Source: Euglena gracilis
Lineage: Eukaryota
Reading direction: 5' to 3'
DNA length: 64,000 nt
Assembly: GCA_039621445.1 (NCBI GenBank)
Contig: CP154954.1
Span: forward strand, 23,076,954-23,140,953
Shown one piece after another: positions 45,540 through 59,500 of this stretch. The position numbers were made by a program, and so were the translations under genes. Within the stretch, counting starts at the first letter, position 1, and each line of letters opens with the position of its first letter. Under the pieces are notes generated by a model. The model saw only the letters and a list, made by a program, of their open reading frames with translations. It searched no databases and was not told where the DNA came from.

Positions 45540-48410
45540 GTTTTTGCCCAGCCTTCACTGCCGGCGGTCCGTTTGGGGTTACCGGCGGGGTGGGGGGTAG
45601 GCGCGATGAACTCTGGGGAGAGGGGTAGGTTCGGGATACTCCCCTTCCCACGTAGGCGTTTTTCCCGGCGACCGAAGGCCCACCTTTTTTGTGGTGTGGT
45701 TGGAGGAGGGAGTCCCGCTTGGCGTCCCTTCCGGCAGTGGGGGGGGTTTAGGAAAAGGCCTGGTTGCCCTCCCCTAGGCTTCTTATACACCAGCACCGAC
45801 ACCTTTTTTTGCTTGTACTGCTCGTCGTGCGCCAGCAGATATCCAGTATTTTGTGATCTTGGGCTTGCTCCGCCCTTGGGATTTTTGACCTTCTTGAACT
45901 TTTGTACTTCCTTGACTCCAGTGCCTTTCTTTGAATTCCTGAAATTCCTTGAAAATTGATATAATTTGACCTTGGTCTTGATTCATTGATTGGTCTTGAT
46001 TGGTAAAGAGAGGGAGCCTGCAGTGAAAAACATAGGACAGTTAGAGAGCGGTTTGCGCTATTTTGATGCTGAATTAGCGCAGTGGTTCGCTGTATACAAC
46101 AGCAGGCTGTAATAGTAGCAACGGAAGGTGCAGCGGCCGGTCTGCCAACTCTCCCCTTCCTCGGCCTTGCCTCCGGCTGCCGGGCCTGGCCACTGCCTCT
46201 CTCGCCACCCTGCCAACGAAGGGCCGGGGCTCTCCGTGCCTTCGTTGCGCCGCTGCCTGGCGTGCCGGCTGGGGGCGGGCTCCTGTGGTCCGGGTGGGGG
46301 TGGACGCCAGCCAATCCCTGGCCGTGCTCCGCAGGCGTTCGGTGGGCGTCGCTGCTGACGTCGTCCGGCCTTGCGGGCTGGCCTCAGGAATTGGCTGGGC
46401 TTGGGCTTTAGCTCTCCTTGGCGCTTTCCTTGTTGGGTGGTCTTGTCTGGGTTCTGTTGCACCCCCCCTGTGGGGCTGGCGGTCCGCCTTTTTTTTTGGC
46501 TGGTCTGCTTGGCTTTGAATTGTACCGGAATTGCCTATGTCTCCCCCCGGGTCTTGCCTGGGTTCTTTTTTGAGAGCTGACTTAGACGGCTTGGGCGGGA
46601 ACAGAAAGCCGCAGGCAAACTCTCCCTGCTGGGCTCCGCTAGTGCCACTCTAGGGGGGGTCTGCTGGGTGGGGGGGTTTTGGCCTGCCGTGGGGGGGGGG
46701 GGGGGGGGGCGGGGGGGGGGGGGCGTGGGGGGGGGGGGGGGGCGTGGGCTTGGGTGGGGGGGGGGTCGGGCGGGGGGGGGCTGGGGGGGGGGGGGGGGGG
46801 GGGGGACGGGGGGGGGGGCCGTCGGGGGCCATGTCGGGTCACGGGCGGGGGCGGGGGGGGGGGGGGGGGCGGCCGCTTCTTTTTTGCCAGCCCCCCAGGG
46901 CCGTGCGTGCCCCCCCCCCCGGGTGGTCTTGGGCGGCCCCCTTGAGCCGTTCTTCGGCACCCCCCCCACCCCTGGGGTCTGGCCGGCCCCCCTGGGCCGC
47001 TTTTCGGCGCCCCCCCCCCCGCCCTGGGGTTGGGCGGCACCCCTGGTTCGCGTTTCTTGCACCCTCCTGCGTGGGCGGCTGCTCTTGGGTCACCCCCCCC
47101 GGGGTCTGGGAGGCCCCCAGGCCGCTCTTTTTTTTTGCTGGCCCTGCTGTGCCGTGCGTGCCCCTCCCCCCCGGGTGGTCTTGGGCAGCCCCCCTGGGCC
47201 GTTCTTCGGCGTCCCCCCCCCCCCCGGGGGCTTGGGCGGCCCCCCTGGGCAACTTTTCTGCGCCCCCCCCCCCCGGTGTCTGGGCGGCCCCCCTGGGCCG
47301 CTCTTTGCCCCCCCCCCCCCGGGGTCGGTCTGGGCGGCCCCCTGGCCACCTTCTTTTTTTTTGCCGGCCCCCCTGGGACGCGCGTCCCCTCTCTTCCCCC
47401 GGTGGTCTTGGGCGGCCCCCTGGGCCGTTCTTCGGCGCCCGACCCCCCTGGGGTCGGGGCGGCCTCCCTGGGCCTTTTTTTTTTTCGGCCCCCCCCTCCT
47501 GGGGCCTGGGCGGCCCCCCCGGGCCGCTCTTGGCCCCCCCCCCTGGGGTCGGTCTGGGCGGCTCCCTGGCCGCTTTTGTTTTTGCCGGCCACCCTGGGTC
47601 GTGTGTGCCCCCCACCCCGGGTGGGCTTGGGCGGCCACCCTGGGCCGCTTTTTCGCCCCTCTTCCTCCCCCCGGGTCTGGGTGGCCCCCCTGGGCCGTTC
47701 TTCGGCGCCCCCCCTGGGGTCTGGGCGGCCCCCTTGGGCCGCCTTTTTTCTTTCTGCCGGCCCCCCTGGGCCGTGTGAGCCCCGCCCCCTCCCCCCGGGA
47801 GGCCTTGGGCGGCCCCCCTAGGCCGCTTTTTGGCCCACCCCTTGGGTCTGGGTTGCCCCCCTGGGTTTTTTTCGGCGCCCCCCCCCCTGTCGGGTCGCGG
47901 GCGGCCCCCCCTGGGCCTCTTTTGGGTCCCCCCCGGGTCGGTCTGGGCGGCCCCCTGGCCGCTTTTTTTTTGCCGGCCCCCCTGGGCCCTGCGTGCCCCC
48001 CCCCGGGTGGTCTTGGGCGGCCCCCCCTGGGCGGCTCTTGGTGCACCTGGTCTGGGTCCTTTGGTCTTCCTTGGGTCCCCTCTGGGCCCCCTTTTGTCCC
48101 AGGGGTCGGTTGTGTCCCCCCCCGTTGGGTCCCCAGGTCGTTTCCCCTCCTTCTTTGATCGCCTCTCTCCGGGGCTTTCGCCCCCATGCTTCGTCGCTCT
48201 CCTCTCCTCCCCTGTCTCTCTCCTGTCTGCGCTCTCTCCGGTCTCCCTTCTCCTGGCTCGGACTCGGCCTGGCTCAACGTGGTTCTGCTTCGGTTGGGGA
48301 AGAGAAGGGAGGGGTGGCACACCGGTGTAAGAGGTTGGGTTGGTGGGTGAGAACCCTCCACGGTATCCATCAGGTCGGTAGGGTGTGAGCCAGCCGCCGC
48401 CGACGTCACA
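45540..48410 (-). mobile_element. Possible 5' end of another LTR element (repeat-filled LTR, leader, gag scrap)
   Basis: Interrupts the family A copy 3 and GC-rich pol contexts; begins TGTGACGTC at ~48410; PBS-like TGGCACTAGCGG at ~46636-46647. No second LTR or TSD seen. Confidence 0.3.
46680..48040. repeat. GC-rich tandem array with poly-G stretch
   Basis: Core GGGCGGCCCCCCTGGGCCG recurs about every 45-60 bp from ~46930 to 48035; near-pure G runs at 46690-46870. Confidence 0.85.
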
Positions 48411-48689
48411 GCATATCCTCATGACGGCAGCAGAGCATTATCATCCGCTCAGCTCCTTCGCGCGCGCTGCCAGCCGCCGCCAGCCGCCTGTCCTGAGCTT
48501 CGAAGGCGAGGGGAAGGAACAGAAAGATGAACCGGAACACGACCACCATGGAGAAAATCCCAGTTTGACGCCAGGCCTTTCCATTTCCCCATGGGGTGGC
48601 CTCCTTGTTGGGAAGGAAGGGCCGGGTCGCACCGTGGCCATGCAGGGGCACGCCTCCGGTGGTGGTGCCACCTCGCCGCAGGGACTGGT

Positions 48690-51600
48690 CATGGGGGTGC
48701 ACGGGAACGGGGCCCCCTGGTGGGAGGGGGGATCCCGAGCTGGGGAGTCCTTGCGGGTCGACACGCGGGGGCGGCGACCCCTACCCGTGTGGGGCAGGGA
48801 GTCTGAGGTACGCCTGGACTGCGGGGTGGGTACGCGTGTGACATGGGGAATGATGGGGTGGTGGATGGTGAGGCAGGGGCAATCGAAGCGCGGGAGAGCG
48901 CATCCCTCGCAGACGCGGATCGCACGGAGGCGCGGCGCTCGCCGCTCGCGGGCTGCCGGTGGACCCTGACCGGGTACCTGGGGTGGGCCGCGTGTTGGGG
49001 ACCCGCCGGGCCAGCGTCTCCTCCTTCTTCTTGGTCTCGATCTCCTTCGTCTCCTCCATCACCTTCATCATCGTCTCCAGAATCATCACCTTCTCGACAT
49101 ACATCTCCGTCCTCGGTGTCCTGCCACGTCCACTCCTCTGGTGGCTCCGCCCAGGACAGCCCAATCTCCTTCTCCTTCTCCTTCTCCTTCTCGATCTCCA
49201 CGGCGTGGCAGATGGCGACATGGGCTTCCTCCGGGAACCTCGAGAGGTACTTCATGATGTCCTCCTTGATGTCCTGTTCGCCGAAGTACGACAGGATCGG
49301 GGAGGCGTACCGGTGGAAGAAGTGCCGCAGCGGCTCCCACGTCTTCTCCTCATACCGCAGCCAGTTGACCAGTAACTCGAGGTCGCCGTTGGCATCGAGC
49401 CTGTGGGTGACCACCGCCTCCACCTCCCACTCGTCCAGCCGGGAACCCTCGTCCGGGCTGGACTGGCGGAAGGGGATGAGGCGGAGCGGTGGCCGCATCA
49501 GCGCTGGATCGTGGCGGTAGCTCTTGATTTGGGATCGGTGGGCAACCTGCTTCCGGCCATCCTCCATCTGGAGCAGGTAGATGTGCTCACTGGTGCGCTC
49601 TGCCACCACGCACGGCCCGATCCAGTACGTCTCCAGCTTCTCGCCGGTGCGGGTGCGCGGGCGGAGGTACCAGACCTTGTCGTTGATCTGCAGCGCCGGC
49701 AGCTGCTTCCTCCGCTTGTTGACCGTCTCGGCTGTCTTGGCGTGCTCCTCGTTCAAGGTCTTCGCGACACGATGATCGATGTCCTGCATGCGCTCGAAGA
49801 AGCACCGCGTCCTCGGCCCGCGTGGGCGGCTTGTATGGCACCCCGCTATACCACCGCTCGCGGCCGAAGAGCACCTGGAAGGGGCTCAGGCCGCTGGGCC
49901 CAGCACTGTCGTGCAGGGTCCGCAGGGCCCGCGGCAGCGCCTCTGGCAACGCCATGCCCTCCGCCGCCTTCATCTTCCTCAGCCGCTTCTGGATCTGCGC
50001 GCCGAGGATCTCCGCACGGGCGTTGCCTTCGTGGTGGTATGCTTGCGAGAAGGCATGGCGCACCCCCAGTCTTGCGCACATTGCCCTCCCCCAGGCCCCC
50101 ACGAAGTGGGGGCTCCGGTCCGACGTCATGACGCTTGGCACGCCGAACTGCGCCCACTCTGCTCATTCATCGCCTTCGCCACCGCCTCCGCCGTTAGCCC
50201 GCTGGTGTGGTGCACGGTCGCGATCGCCCAGCCGGAGTGCCGATCGATGCATGCGGCAAGCACATTCACCAGCCTGCCGCCCTCCACCTCCACCTAAGTA
50301 ATCTGGAACAGATCCACGCTCACCGAACACGTCACATGGGGCGGCACTGGCGTGGGCGTGATGCGGAGCCGGACGGGTTGGTGGGGGTGCTCTGATGCCT
50401 GGCAGAACTCACACACAGCCAGAATCTTTCCTGCCACCTCGCGTGCTCGGGAGGGCACCGCAAACTGGAAGTTCCGCCTGGCCTCATCGAGGAGGCGGTC
50501 ACCACCGACGTGCGTCGACGCCCGGTGCTGCTCTCGGATTGCCTGCTCGGTCAGGGCATCCGGCACGCACCAGACGGAATCCTTCACCAGCTTGCCTGCG
50601 TCCTTTCGGTAGCCGGTGGGCCATGGCCTGCCGCGCTTGATGGCCTGCCACGGCTCTTTGAACGTTGGGCACTTCTCATACGCCTCACTGCAGTCCATCG
50701 CCATCAAGTCCTGGTCCTCGTCTTGCGGGGCTGCGGCCGGGGTGGCTGCAGCTGGCGGCACAGCGGCTGCCACAGGCGGCACGGCGGCTGACACTGGCGG
50801 CACGGCAGGAGGGCTGGGGTGCACCCCCACCTTGGGTGGGCCGGCCGACGGCACCGCTCCCTCGGCTGGATTCTTCGGGACGATGGCACCGGGTGGCCTG
50901 GCGGCCGCCTGGCTTCGGGCGGTCACGGCGATTGCTGCGGACGGTGGTGGGATGCTGCGTGCGCTAGCAGCGGGCGGGGACGATGCTTGCTCGGCGGACG
51001 TGGATCGCACGGCGGGTGCTGCTTCCGGTGCCGCTGCTGGCCGTACGGAAAACCGCACGTTGCGTGGTATGGCGGGCTGCTGCTGCTGCTTGGGAGGCTT
51101 CGCGGACAACGCTGGGTGCTGCGGCTCCTCGGGCTGCCTTGGCGATGCCAGCGCTGTCGCACTGGGCGCTCGCACGGTCGGTGCTGCAGTCGCAGCCGGC
51201 GCGGTGGGGTTCGGTGGGGGCGGCGGTCGGATTGCCGGACTTCCGGCTGCTGGAATCCCGGCGGGCGCCGCGTCGGATGCCGGTGTCCCGGCCGATGCCG
51301 CCGTGGCTGCCGGTGTCCTGGCTGGCGGCGATGGGATGCCGCGTTTGCGGTTGGGAGGGGGCACACCTTGTCCGCCGGGTGTACTGCCTTCGGGCAGTTG
51401 CGCTCCGCGGCCTTCTCCTCTCGGATCTGCTGCTCCATCTCCTCGGCGTCCGCTGCCGTCCCGTGGCAGCAGGAGTCTCGGTACTCCTGGGCGGCCGGGT
51501 ACGCCCACCGTGACAGCGCGTCCCCCACCTCGTTCTTCTCCCCCGGCACGTACACCACCTCCACCTTGTGCTCGTTCAGCTTCGAGTGCCACCTCGCCCG

Positions 51601-53428
51601 CCGGCCTTGCGGTCCCGATCCCCGGAGACGTGCTCCTTGTACCAGCTCTCCAGGGACCGGTGGTCCGTCAGGACCAGGACCTTCCGCCCGGTGATGTGGC
51701 CGCCCCACTTGTCCAGCGCGCTCACCACCGCGTACGTTTTCTTGTTGCGCGTGTGCCACCGCAGCCGCTGCCCCTCGGTCAGCTTCTGCTCATGAAACCC
51801 ACCGCCACCGTCGCCCCGGGCTTCAGGAGCTCCACCACCGAGGGGATGACCTCCACCTTCGGTAGCTGCTCCAGCACGGCGCCCACGGCATAGTCGGAGG
51901 CGTCTGTGTGTAACACGAACGGCTTGTTCATGTCCACGTGCCACAGCTCCATGTCCGCCAGCAGCGCTGCCTTCAGCTTCTCGAACGCCTCCAGCTCGGC
52001 CGCGGACCACCCGATGGGGTGCTTACTGCCCGCCCGTGACAAATCCCGCGGCAGCTTCAGCTTCTCCTGCAGGGGGGAGGCCAGCTCCGAGTACATACGT
52101 ACATACCCCGAATAATAATTGCAGAGGCCCGGAAAGGCGCGCAAACTCGTCACTTTGGCTGGGCGTTGCCACCGCTGCACCGCCGCCACCTTGCCGCTCG
52201 CGGGCACACGCTTGCCCTCCCCCAGCACGGGCCCCACGAACTCCGCCCTGTTGCGGAACAGCTGCGCCTTCTTCTTATCCGCCACCCACCGATCCGCCTC
52301 CAGCCCCCGCAGGGTCTCGCGCAGATCCGCCGCGTGCCGCCGGATCAGCTCCTCGTCGTTCCACCCCGGCTGCCGCCTCGTGCTCACCAGGATGTCGTCG
52401 AAGTAGGGGTGGTTGTGGGCGGAGACGTTGCGGCAGGTCGCGTCGATATCCCTCTGGAGCAGCGCCGGACCAACGTTGATGCCCTGGGGCACCACGGTCC
52501 ACTGCCAGCGGCCGCCGGGCAGGTGGACGTTGGTGATGGGTCGGCTTTCCTCCGCCATGGCCACCTGGAGGAAGACGTCCCGCAGGACCACCATCGAGAA
52601 GATCTCGCACTTCGCTTGCTCGCTCACGATGTCCTCCGTCAGCGGTGGGGGCACCTGCAGCACCTTGTTGGTCAAGCTGTAGTCGCACACCAGCCTCTAC
52701 TTGCCCGACTTCTTGCGGATGGTGGAGGCGGCCGCCCTCCACGGCACCCGCCCCGCCTCCAGCTTGCCGTCCGCCAGGCAGTCCCGCTCTCAGGGCCTCC
52801 AACCGCTCGCCCTTGAGGTTGATGATCCGGCCCACCACCGGTGTTGCCCCCGGTTTCAGCCTCAGCACCGCCTTCCCAATGGTGCCCCGCGCCGGGGGAC
52901 ACGGCCACACCCGCTCACCGAACACCAGGCCTTCGAACTCGTTGATGATCTCGTCCCGCAGCTGCCGCGCCAAAGGATGGTCGACGTCGTCTTCTGTATC
53001 CACCACCCCTCGCACCGCCTTCGCCGCTTCTTCGGCCTCCTTTAGCATCATCGCCACTTCTCGGACTGCTGTTTCGTCCATGTCAGCTGCCGCATCTTCC
53101 TCACCGTGGAGAGGTGGCCGTCCAGCTCGTTTTCGTCTTCATCGCCATCTTCCTCCTTCTTCTCTTCGTCTCCACGCCGCCTCAGGATCCACTTGGGGTC
53201 CGCGTGGAGCTGCAAGGTGTCGCTACACGGCTGCACATCCATCTGGTTCTCCCGGAGCCACGGATACCCCAGAATGAGGTCCGTACTCGTACTGATGCAG
53301 CCGTCATACGCCACCACCTTCGTCGTCCACGTCCTCGGTCTCCGCTCCTCGTCGTCGGTCTGGGCCGCGAATGACAGCTTCAGCTCTGCTTCTCGTTGTC
53401 CTCTGGGTAGCGCCTCTCCACTCACCGT
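48690..53428 (-). pseudogene. GC-rich gypsy pol (protease C-half, RT, RNase H, Pro/Ala linker, integrase, chromodomain)
   Basis: DLILGYPWL; PYFDDILV; LHTDASDYAVGAVLEQ; HRASTHVG...CEFC; TSDRSPHF; GNARAE; YWIGPC; EWEVEAVVTH...VNW..YEEKTWEP. Confidence 0.93.
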
Positions 53429-55924
53429 GAGATCCAGCGGTTGGACGGTTGAGTTGGCGACCTGCAAAGTCGGGTTGCTGAAGCGGGGGCCACCACAGCT
53501 GCTTCAGTTAGCCACCTGGAGCAGTTGGTGTCCCTGCAATTTCAGCGGGTCACGGAAAACTTTCAAGGAGTGGTGGAGCAAATGGAAAGAACCCAGGCAG
53601 GGCTAGCGTCCGAGCTGGTTGAAAATGTTCAAAGGCTGCAGCAGGGGCAAAGGGAAAATTTTGCTGGGGGGATGACGGCCCTCAGCGAGCTGGTGACCAA
53701 CCGGCTGAGCGAGGGCCTCGGGACTGTGGCCCAACTAGCCTAGAGGGTCCAAGGGCTCGAGGCCATCGCCGGCCAGGGTCACCAGCCAACTGAAGGCCAG
53801 GGGTTTAACGAGGAGATGGCTGGGCGGATGAACAATTTTGAGGAGCTGCTCATCACCTCCGTCCGGACAAGAGAGGAGGTGATGAGGAGCCAGGAGCTGG
53901 CCAGTGGGCGGAAGCAGGCCCAGGCCGAGGCCCTGGACCAAAAATTAAACCGGCTGGCGGGTGAACTCGGGGGGCTGCGAGAAAGAAATGCAGGGCTTGC
54001 GCAGGCCCTGCAAAAATATCGGGTCGAACTGGACGGCCAGGCCTCAACCATCGCCGAACAACAAGGGGCCATAAAGGGGGATATAAGGGAGCTAAGGACC
54101 AGGGCTGAGGGGCAGGGCCACAGCCTTCAGGAGCTGTGGGCCGAGGTCACCACCCCCGGGCAGGTGATCCAGGCCCACAACGCCCTGCTGATGGAGGTGG
54201 ACTCAACGATAAGGGGGACACCAAAAGAAATTGCCGAAATTAAAAATTGGGCTATTCGTTTTGGAAAAGAAAAACGAAAAATTTGAAAATTTTTGCCCCC
54301 CCTCCCAGGAGCTACCGCAGCCACCCGGACGTGCGGGGCCGGAGAGCGAGGACCCCCGAGGCCCCGAAGCCAGAGTGCCCCAGGCAGTCGCGGGCTCACA
54401 GACGGCCGGGGGCCCAGAGTGTGAATGGCTCGGGTGCCACGGGGGGCAACATGCCTCCTGGCCCCCAGCACCAGCTCCCAGCCCATCCCAGTCTGCTGGG
54501 AGGCAAGGGGTCTGTGGCCCCCCAGGGGCTCTCTGCTGGCCCCAGCAGCGGGGCAGCCGAGGCAGTGCCCAGTTCCCGGGGAAGTGGTATCCCCGGGCTC
54601 AGATTCTGTGACTGCAGTTTTTCCCAGTGGGTTTTCGGGTTCTGGCTCCCAGAGGGGCGGGGCCCTGTATGCCAAAACGTCTGTGGTTTTTCCCCCTGTT
54701 CCCAGTAGCACTCCCCCGGTGGCTTGTGATGCCGCTGTGGGGGGCCAGATTCCCAGTGTTTCGCCAGTAACTGTTTTGCAAAATCCAGTTTTGTCTCAGC
54801 CGTTTTCCCTGGGTTCGGTTGGTTCGGTGGCCATGTCTCCCAGTGTTGTCCCTGGTTCTTCGGCAGGGAGGAATGCAGCGCCCCCAGCAGCTGCGGGGGG
54901 CAGTCCGGTCCAGGTCCCCGCTGCTGGAGGGTCCCCAGCTGCCCAGACACCTGGCACGTTCGGGTTTCAGGGGGCTGATTGGCAAGAAGCGGAACACCAG
55001 ATTAAAGCTCGCGGATTTTTTAATTTTTTGGCAAGGTGGGAGCCCGGGAGAAGCAGCAACAGTCTCAGCAAAGTTCACGAACGGCGGGACAGCCCAGCAC
55101 AGCGAAACCACAGGCAGCATACACAGCAGGTCTACAGGGCCATGGCAGGGATCAACCTGGGATGAAATCAGCCGAGCTCCAGTGGCCCCCCCCAGCCCCG
55201 TGGGTTCCCCGCAGGAGGACAGTTCACGGGGGCGATGGACCCTTTAACCTGGGCCCCTGAGGCTGGGGCAGCATCGTGCAGCGCTGCCCCTTTGGCCTTC
55301 GGTTCCCATGACACGGGAGCCTGGGTCCGGGGGGTCCAGGCTGCTCCGGTCCACGTGGCGCAAGCATCCCCCAGCCCAGCAGCCAGCATGTTTTTGGGGC
55401 CGCTGGCGACACTCCTCACCAAAGACCTTGTAAAACCGGAGATGAAAGGTGTTTTTCATTATTTTTTCTGTAAAGTTTCAGCTCTACATGCAGCAGGTTT
55501 CCATGGGACAGCCAGTGGGGGAGGAATTTAAAATGCTTGTTCTGACAGGCTGCCTGGACCACAGCAGCCGGCTGGAACTGCAGCGGCGGCAGGAGATGGG
55601 GGAACGGGTCAGGTTCCAAGATTTCTGGAACTGGCTGGACCAGAAATACGGCGGTGACATCCATGCCTCGCTGCATGAGCAGCTCAGGGCCGTCAGACCG
55701 GTCAACACGGGAAAGTTAACCGTCCCAGCGTGGCGTGAATATGAAAGCCAGATTAAATTAATTTTCTGCCGGATGGAAAATCCCTCAGAGGAGGAAGCAC
55801 AGGCCCCAGTTTACAGCATCTCCCAGATTCCATGCGAAGGGCCATAATCAGGGAACAGACACGGAAAATTCAGGATGCGCCCACAGCGCGGCTGTGGCAC
55901 ATCGCTGGGTTGACAGTTGTCGAC
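53429..55924 (+). pseudogene. gag fragment of a B-related family (coiled coil + capsid-like core), head-to-head with the GC-rich pol and cut by B2
   Basis: Heptad-rich ORFs 53525-53743 and 53816-54286; CLDHSSRLELQRR...LDQKYGG...GKLTVPAWREYE aligns with B1 TLDDTNKKELQFR...LEGKYAG...GKITVREWRDF. Confidence 0.75.
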
Positions 55925-56569
55925 TGTCGGGCGGCGTCCGACAGTCAAAAATGGCAGGGCGGAAGCTTTTGAAAACACGGAATTTTTCGTTCCGCACAGA
56001 ACGCGCGATCTATAGGAAAAGCCCAATATGAGGTTCCAATTCAGCACAATTTGCTTCCGCAGACTTTTGTGGGTTTCTTTGTTGCATTCAATTGAGAATT
56101 GAAGTTCTCAATAATTATTTCATTGAAGAATTGTCATTTTTGAGAATTTCAAGTTCAAAGGCCAGGCCCCACCTTTCCTCATTCACGGTGTGCCATTGCT
56201 GTTTTTTGACCACCAATTCAGTGAAGAAAACACCACCCTTACCCATTCTCAATTTTTGCATGCCGGAAGAAAGGGGGAGTGAAATGGCCTCATGGGGATC
56301 AAAGTTTGGAGAAACATTTTCAGCGCAATTTTGATTTTGTACAAGATTTCCACGAAAAAGCTAATTCGATCCTACGCACCCCCCTCTGGTCGTGGGGTGT
56401 ACCAGTGGGCGAAACGGGAGGTGACCTGAGCCCTCCACCACCCGGAAAAACACTGGGCCCTGGCCGGGGAACGGAAGCCCCAGGGGTGGGTGACGGGCAG
56501 GAGTCAGCCGGCCATGGGGCTGGGGTTTTCTGTCCGACACCCGCAGGGCGGGGGCGCCCGGGGTAAACA
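55925..56569 (+). repeat. B2 5' LTR (645 bp)
   Basis: TGTCGGGCGG... start resembles B1 TGTCGGCCGCC; ends GGTAAACA directly before PBS TGGTACGCAGAGG (56570-56582). Partner LTR lies outside the window. Confidence 0.75.
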
Positions 56570-59500
56570 TGGTACGCAGAGGAGTTATTGCCAACCCTGT
56601 TGACCAAAAAATTTTCAGCCCAGAAAATACGGACAATTTTCATGGCGCAGCCAGCAGTAATCTTGCTAAAGCTTTAAACATGATTACAGTGGTAAATTCT
56701 GCTGGTCATACCAAAAGAATCTGTGGATATTTGGGAAGCTTTGACCCTCAGCTAAACATGGTTAGGCAAGGCAGCTTCACCAACTCTGTCGGTGAAGAAT
56801 TTTTAAAATCGGCAAACCTGAATTTTTCTGAATCTGTGGAAATCAGCAATTTTCAATCAAAGTCTGGTTCTGATACGTGTTCAGAAATTTTGAACGCAGA
56901 CTTTTCAGGTTGGAACCCAGAAAACGTGTTTGGAGTTAACATGATAACGGCCAGTCCCCATGAATCACAGGGGGGGGGATGATAATCAGTTGGTGCAATG
57001 GACGGGTTCACCCCCCAGTATCAAAGCGACAGTGAAATTGACAGTGACAGGGGGTCGGGACCCAGCCAGTTTGACGAAACAGAACAAATTTTGGTGGCTG
57101 CAGGTTGGATACCCCCCAGGTTTCAGATTTTCAGTCCAAATCAGTTTTCAAATTTTGCAGCCGAAATACCACAGATTGAGGGGGTAACTCCAATTTTATT
57201 GTTGGAAGACAGGGGGATTCTCAGCCACAGCGAAATAACTGCTGATGGGCAGACATCTTTTTCGGAATCGACCAGCATAGCATGTGTTCAGAATCAAATT
57301 TTTCTGGGGTGCAATCTGCAGATCTGGGTTGTGGTGCATCATCATCGGGGTGTTAAATCTGGCAGCATCAAAAACCCAGGTGGAGGAGGACGAAGAAATG
57401 GATCCCCAGCCACCTGATTTAGGAGTTCAGGTGGGGGGGCATACTTTTCAGAGTGGGACGCATGGGATAATTGGGCCCAGGGCGTGGAATGCCAATTAGC
57501 AGAACTGAACCGAAGTTTAACTTACTGGGAAAGCATTATACCCCCCCAGGTGATTGTGGAAAATCGGCTGGAAACTTTTGGGCGAGAATTGGGGGAAAAA
57601 ATTCTCGAGCTCAAGCCCAACTTTTACATTTTTTTGAGGAAAATGTGGAACGGCGAAATGCTGAAATTAGCAGCCAGTTTGAAGAGCAAAAACAGAAAAG
57701 TCAGCAGGCAATTAAGCAGGCAGTCAGTCAATTTATTTCACAGTGCCAGCAAGGGGGGAATGCGGTGGAAAATATTGCAAACTGCCACAAACAACTTTTG
57801 TCAATCGAAGTTGAAAGACAGGTTGAAGGAAAATCCCAGATTTTTGAGAAATATGTGAAGGACTTTTTGGATGGGCAGTTGAGCGACATTTCAAAAAGGG
57901 AGAAGGAAATTGAAGTCAGATTTTCAGGACTTTTTGACCAGGTTGGGATTTGTTCTCGGGCTGTGGGAGAGAACAAATTGGAGTTGTAAAAATAAATTTC
58001 TGCACTTCAGAATGCAAACCGTGAGCTGTTCTCTGGGGTGAATTGACGCTTCACTGAAATTGCTGCTGGGCTGAAAACTGTTGGGGAGGAGTCTAAGACA
58101 AACTTTGAGACACTAGTAAGTGAAATGCAGCTGCAATTTCAGACAGTGAATCAGGAGAGCAAAGCTCTGGGGGACAGATTCACTGGGATCGAGAAATTTC
58201 TGGGCAGCCAGTTGGTGCCTTGGGACAAAGTTGTTGAAATGATGGGGAAAACAGAAGAAACGATTCAAATTCAGGTTCGGAGGGAAATGGCAGCTCATGT
58301 CAGAAAAATGATGGAAATCATGTTGACCCAAACGATGGAGTAAAAAATGAGACAAGTGCAAAAAGAAGAACATTTTGACAAGCTGCGAAGTGACATGGAA
58401 AATTGTATGAAACAGCAGTTTTGTGCGTTTTGGGCAAAATTCAAACAGATTTTTCAAAGGAAAAAAGCCATAGGGAGGTTGTCCAAAATGTGTGCAACAG
58501 TTTTGTGGCACGGTTGAAGGCCATTGAAGGGAGGGTGCAACAAGTTTTGACTAAAACGGTCCAGCCCAAGTCATCTACGGTGACACAGCCCAAGCCAGTT
58601 TTTAAGGCTAATTCTGGTTTTGTTGGAATTAAGGGAGTGAAGTCGGTTCAGCCAATTGAAATCTGGGAGCTTAATCTGGGTTAGAACGGGGCCCAGATTT
58701 AGGGGATGGATCATTAATGGTGGGCCAGGTGAGTATCAATGCCATAGGGGGGGCATCTGAACGGTCAGCAATGATGACTGTGGCGTCTGCAGCTAGACAA
58801 CAGATTTTGCGAAATGCGGTTGTCCCGAAATTTTCAGGTCATGCAGGTGATTGGCCAAACTTCAAGGATGAGTGTGGGAGATTCAATCGAAAATTCAATC
58901 AAATTTCAGAAGCTGATAAATTGGGCCTCCTGGAACTCTGTTTGGATGACTTGGGGAAAAAACAGCTGAATTTGCACTTGGATGAAATGGGGGAGGCACT
59001 TACTTTTAATGAATTGTCGGCCAAGTTGGATGCCTGGCATTCGAGAAATGAAGAGTTCGGGGCCAGAAAAAAACTTTCCGGATCTTACATTATGCCATCA
59101 AGGGAGGGTTACAAGTCGTGATTGGGAAAATTTCAAGGTTGACTTCCAGTTGTGTCGACAGAAAATTAGTGAGGGGGAGGTGAAAATAATACTCATCGAA
59201 AAAATGTCTCACTTTATTGTGCATTGGATCACCGACCAGGAAGAACGGATAAAAACCAGCCAACCAACCGTTCGAATGAACTATCCACAACCAATCACCA
59301 CAGTAATTATGGAAAATTTTGTGATGATTTTCACTGGGAAGAAACCCACAAGAGTCACCAAATTGAGTGAGTCGGAATTCGAAATTGTGTTGCCTGATAT
59401 GCAAAGTTGTGAAACACTCAAAAGTTACAATGGGAAATAATTTAATGATTCCAATGTTTTGGTTCGGGTTCGAGAAAATGAACCAAATTTGAGTTTTGAA

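Noticed and set aside
46535-48422. Several 300-530 aa Gly/Pro/Arg ORFs on both strands
   Set aside because: Stop-poor GC-rich repeat DNA that is open in almost every frame.
48843-53277. Long plus-strand ORFs (e.g. 50616-51893, 50819-51694)
   Set aside because: Antisense shadows of the GC-rich pol on the minus strand.
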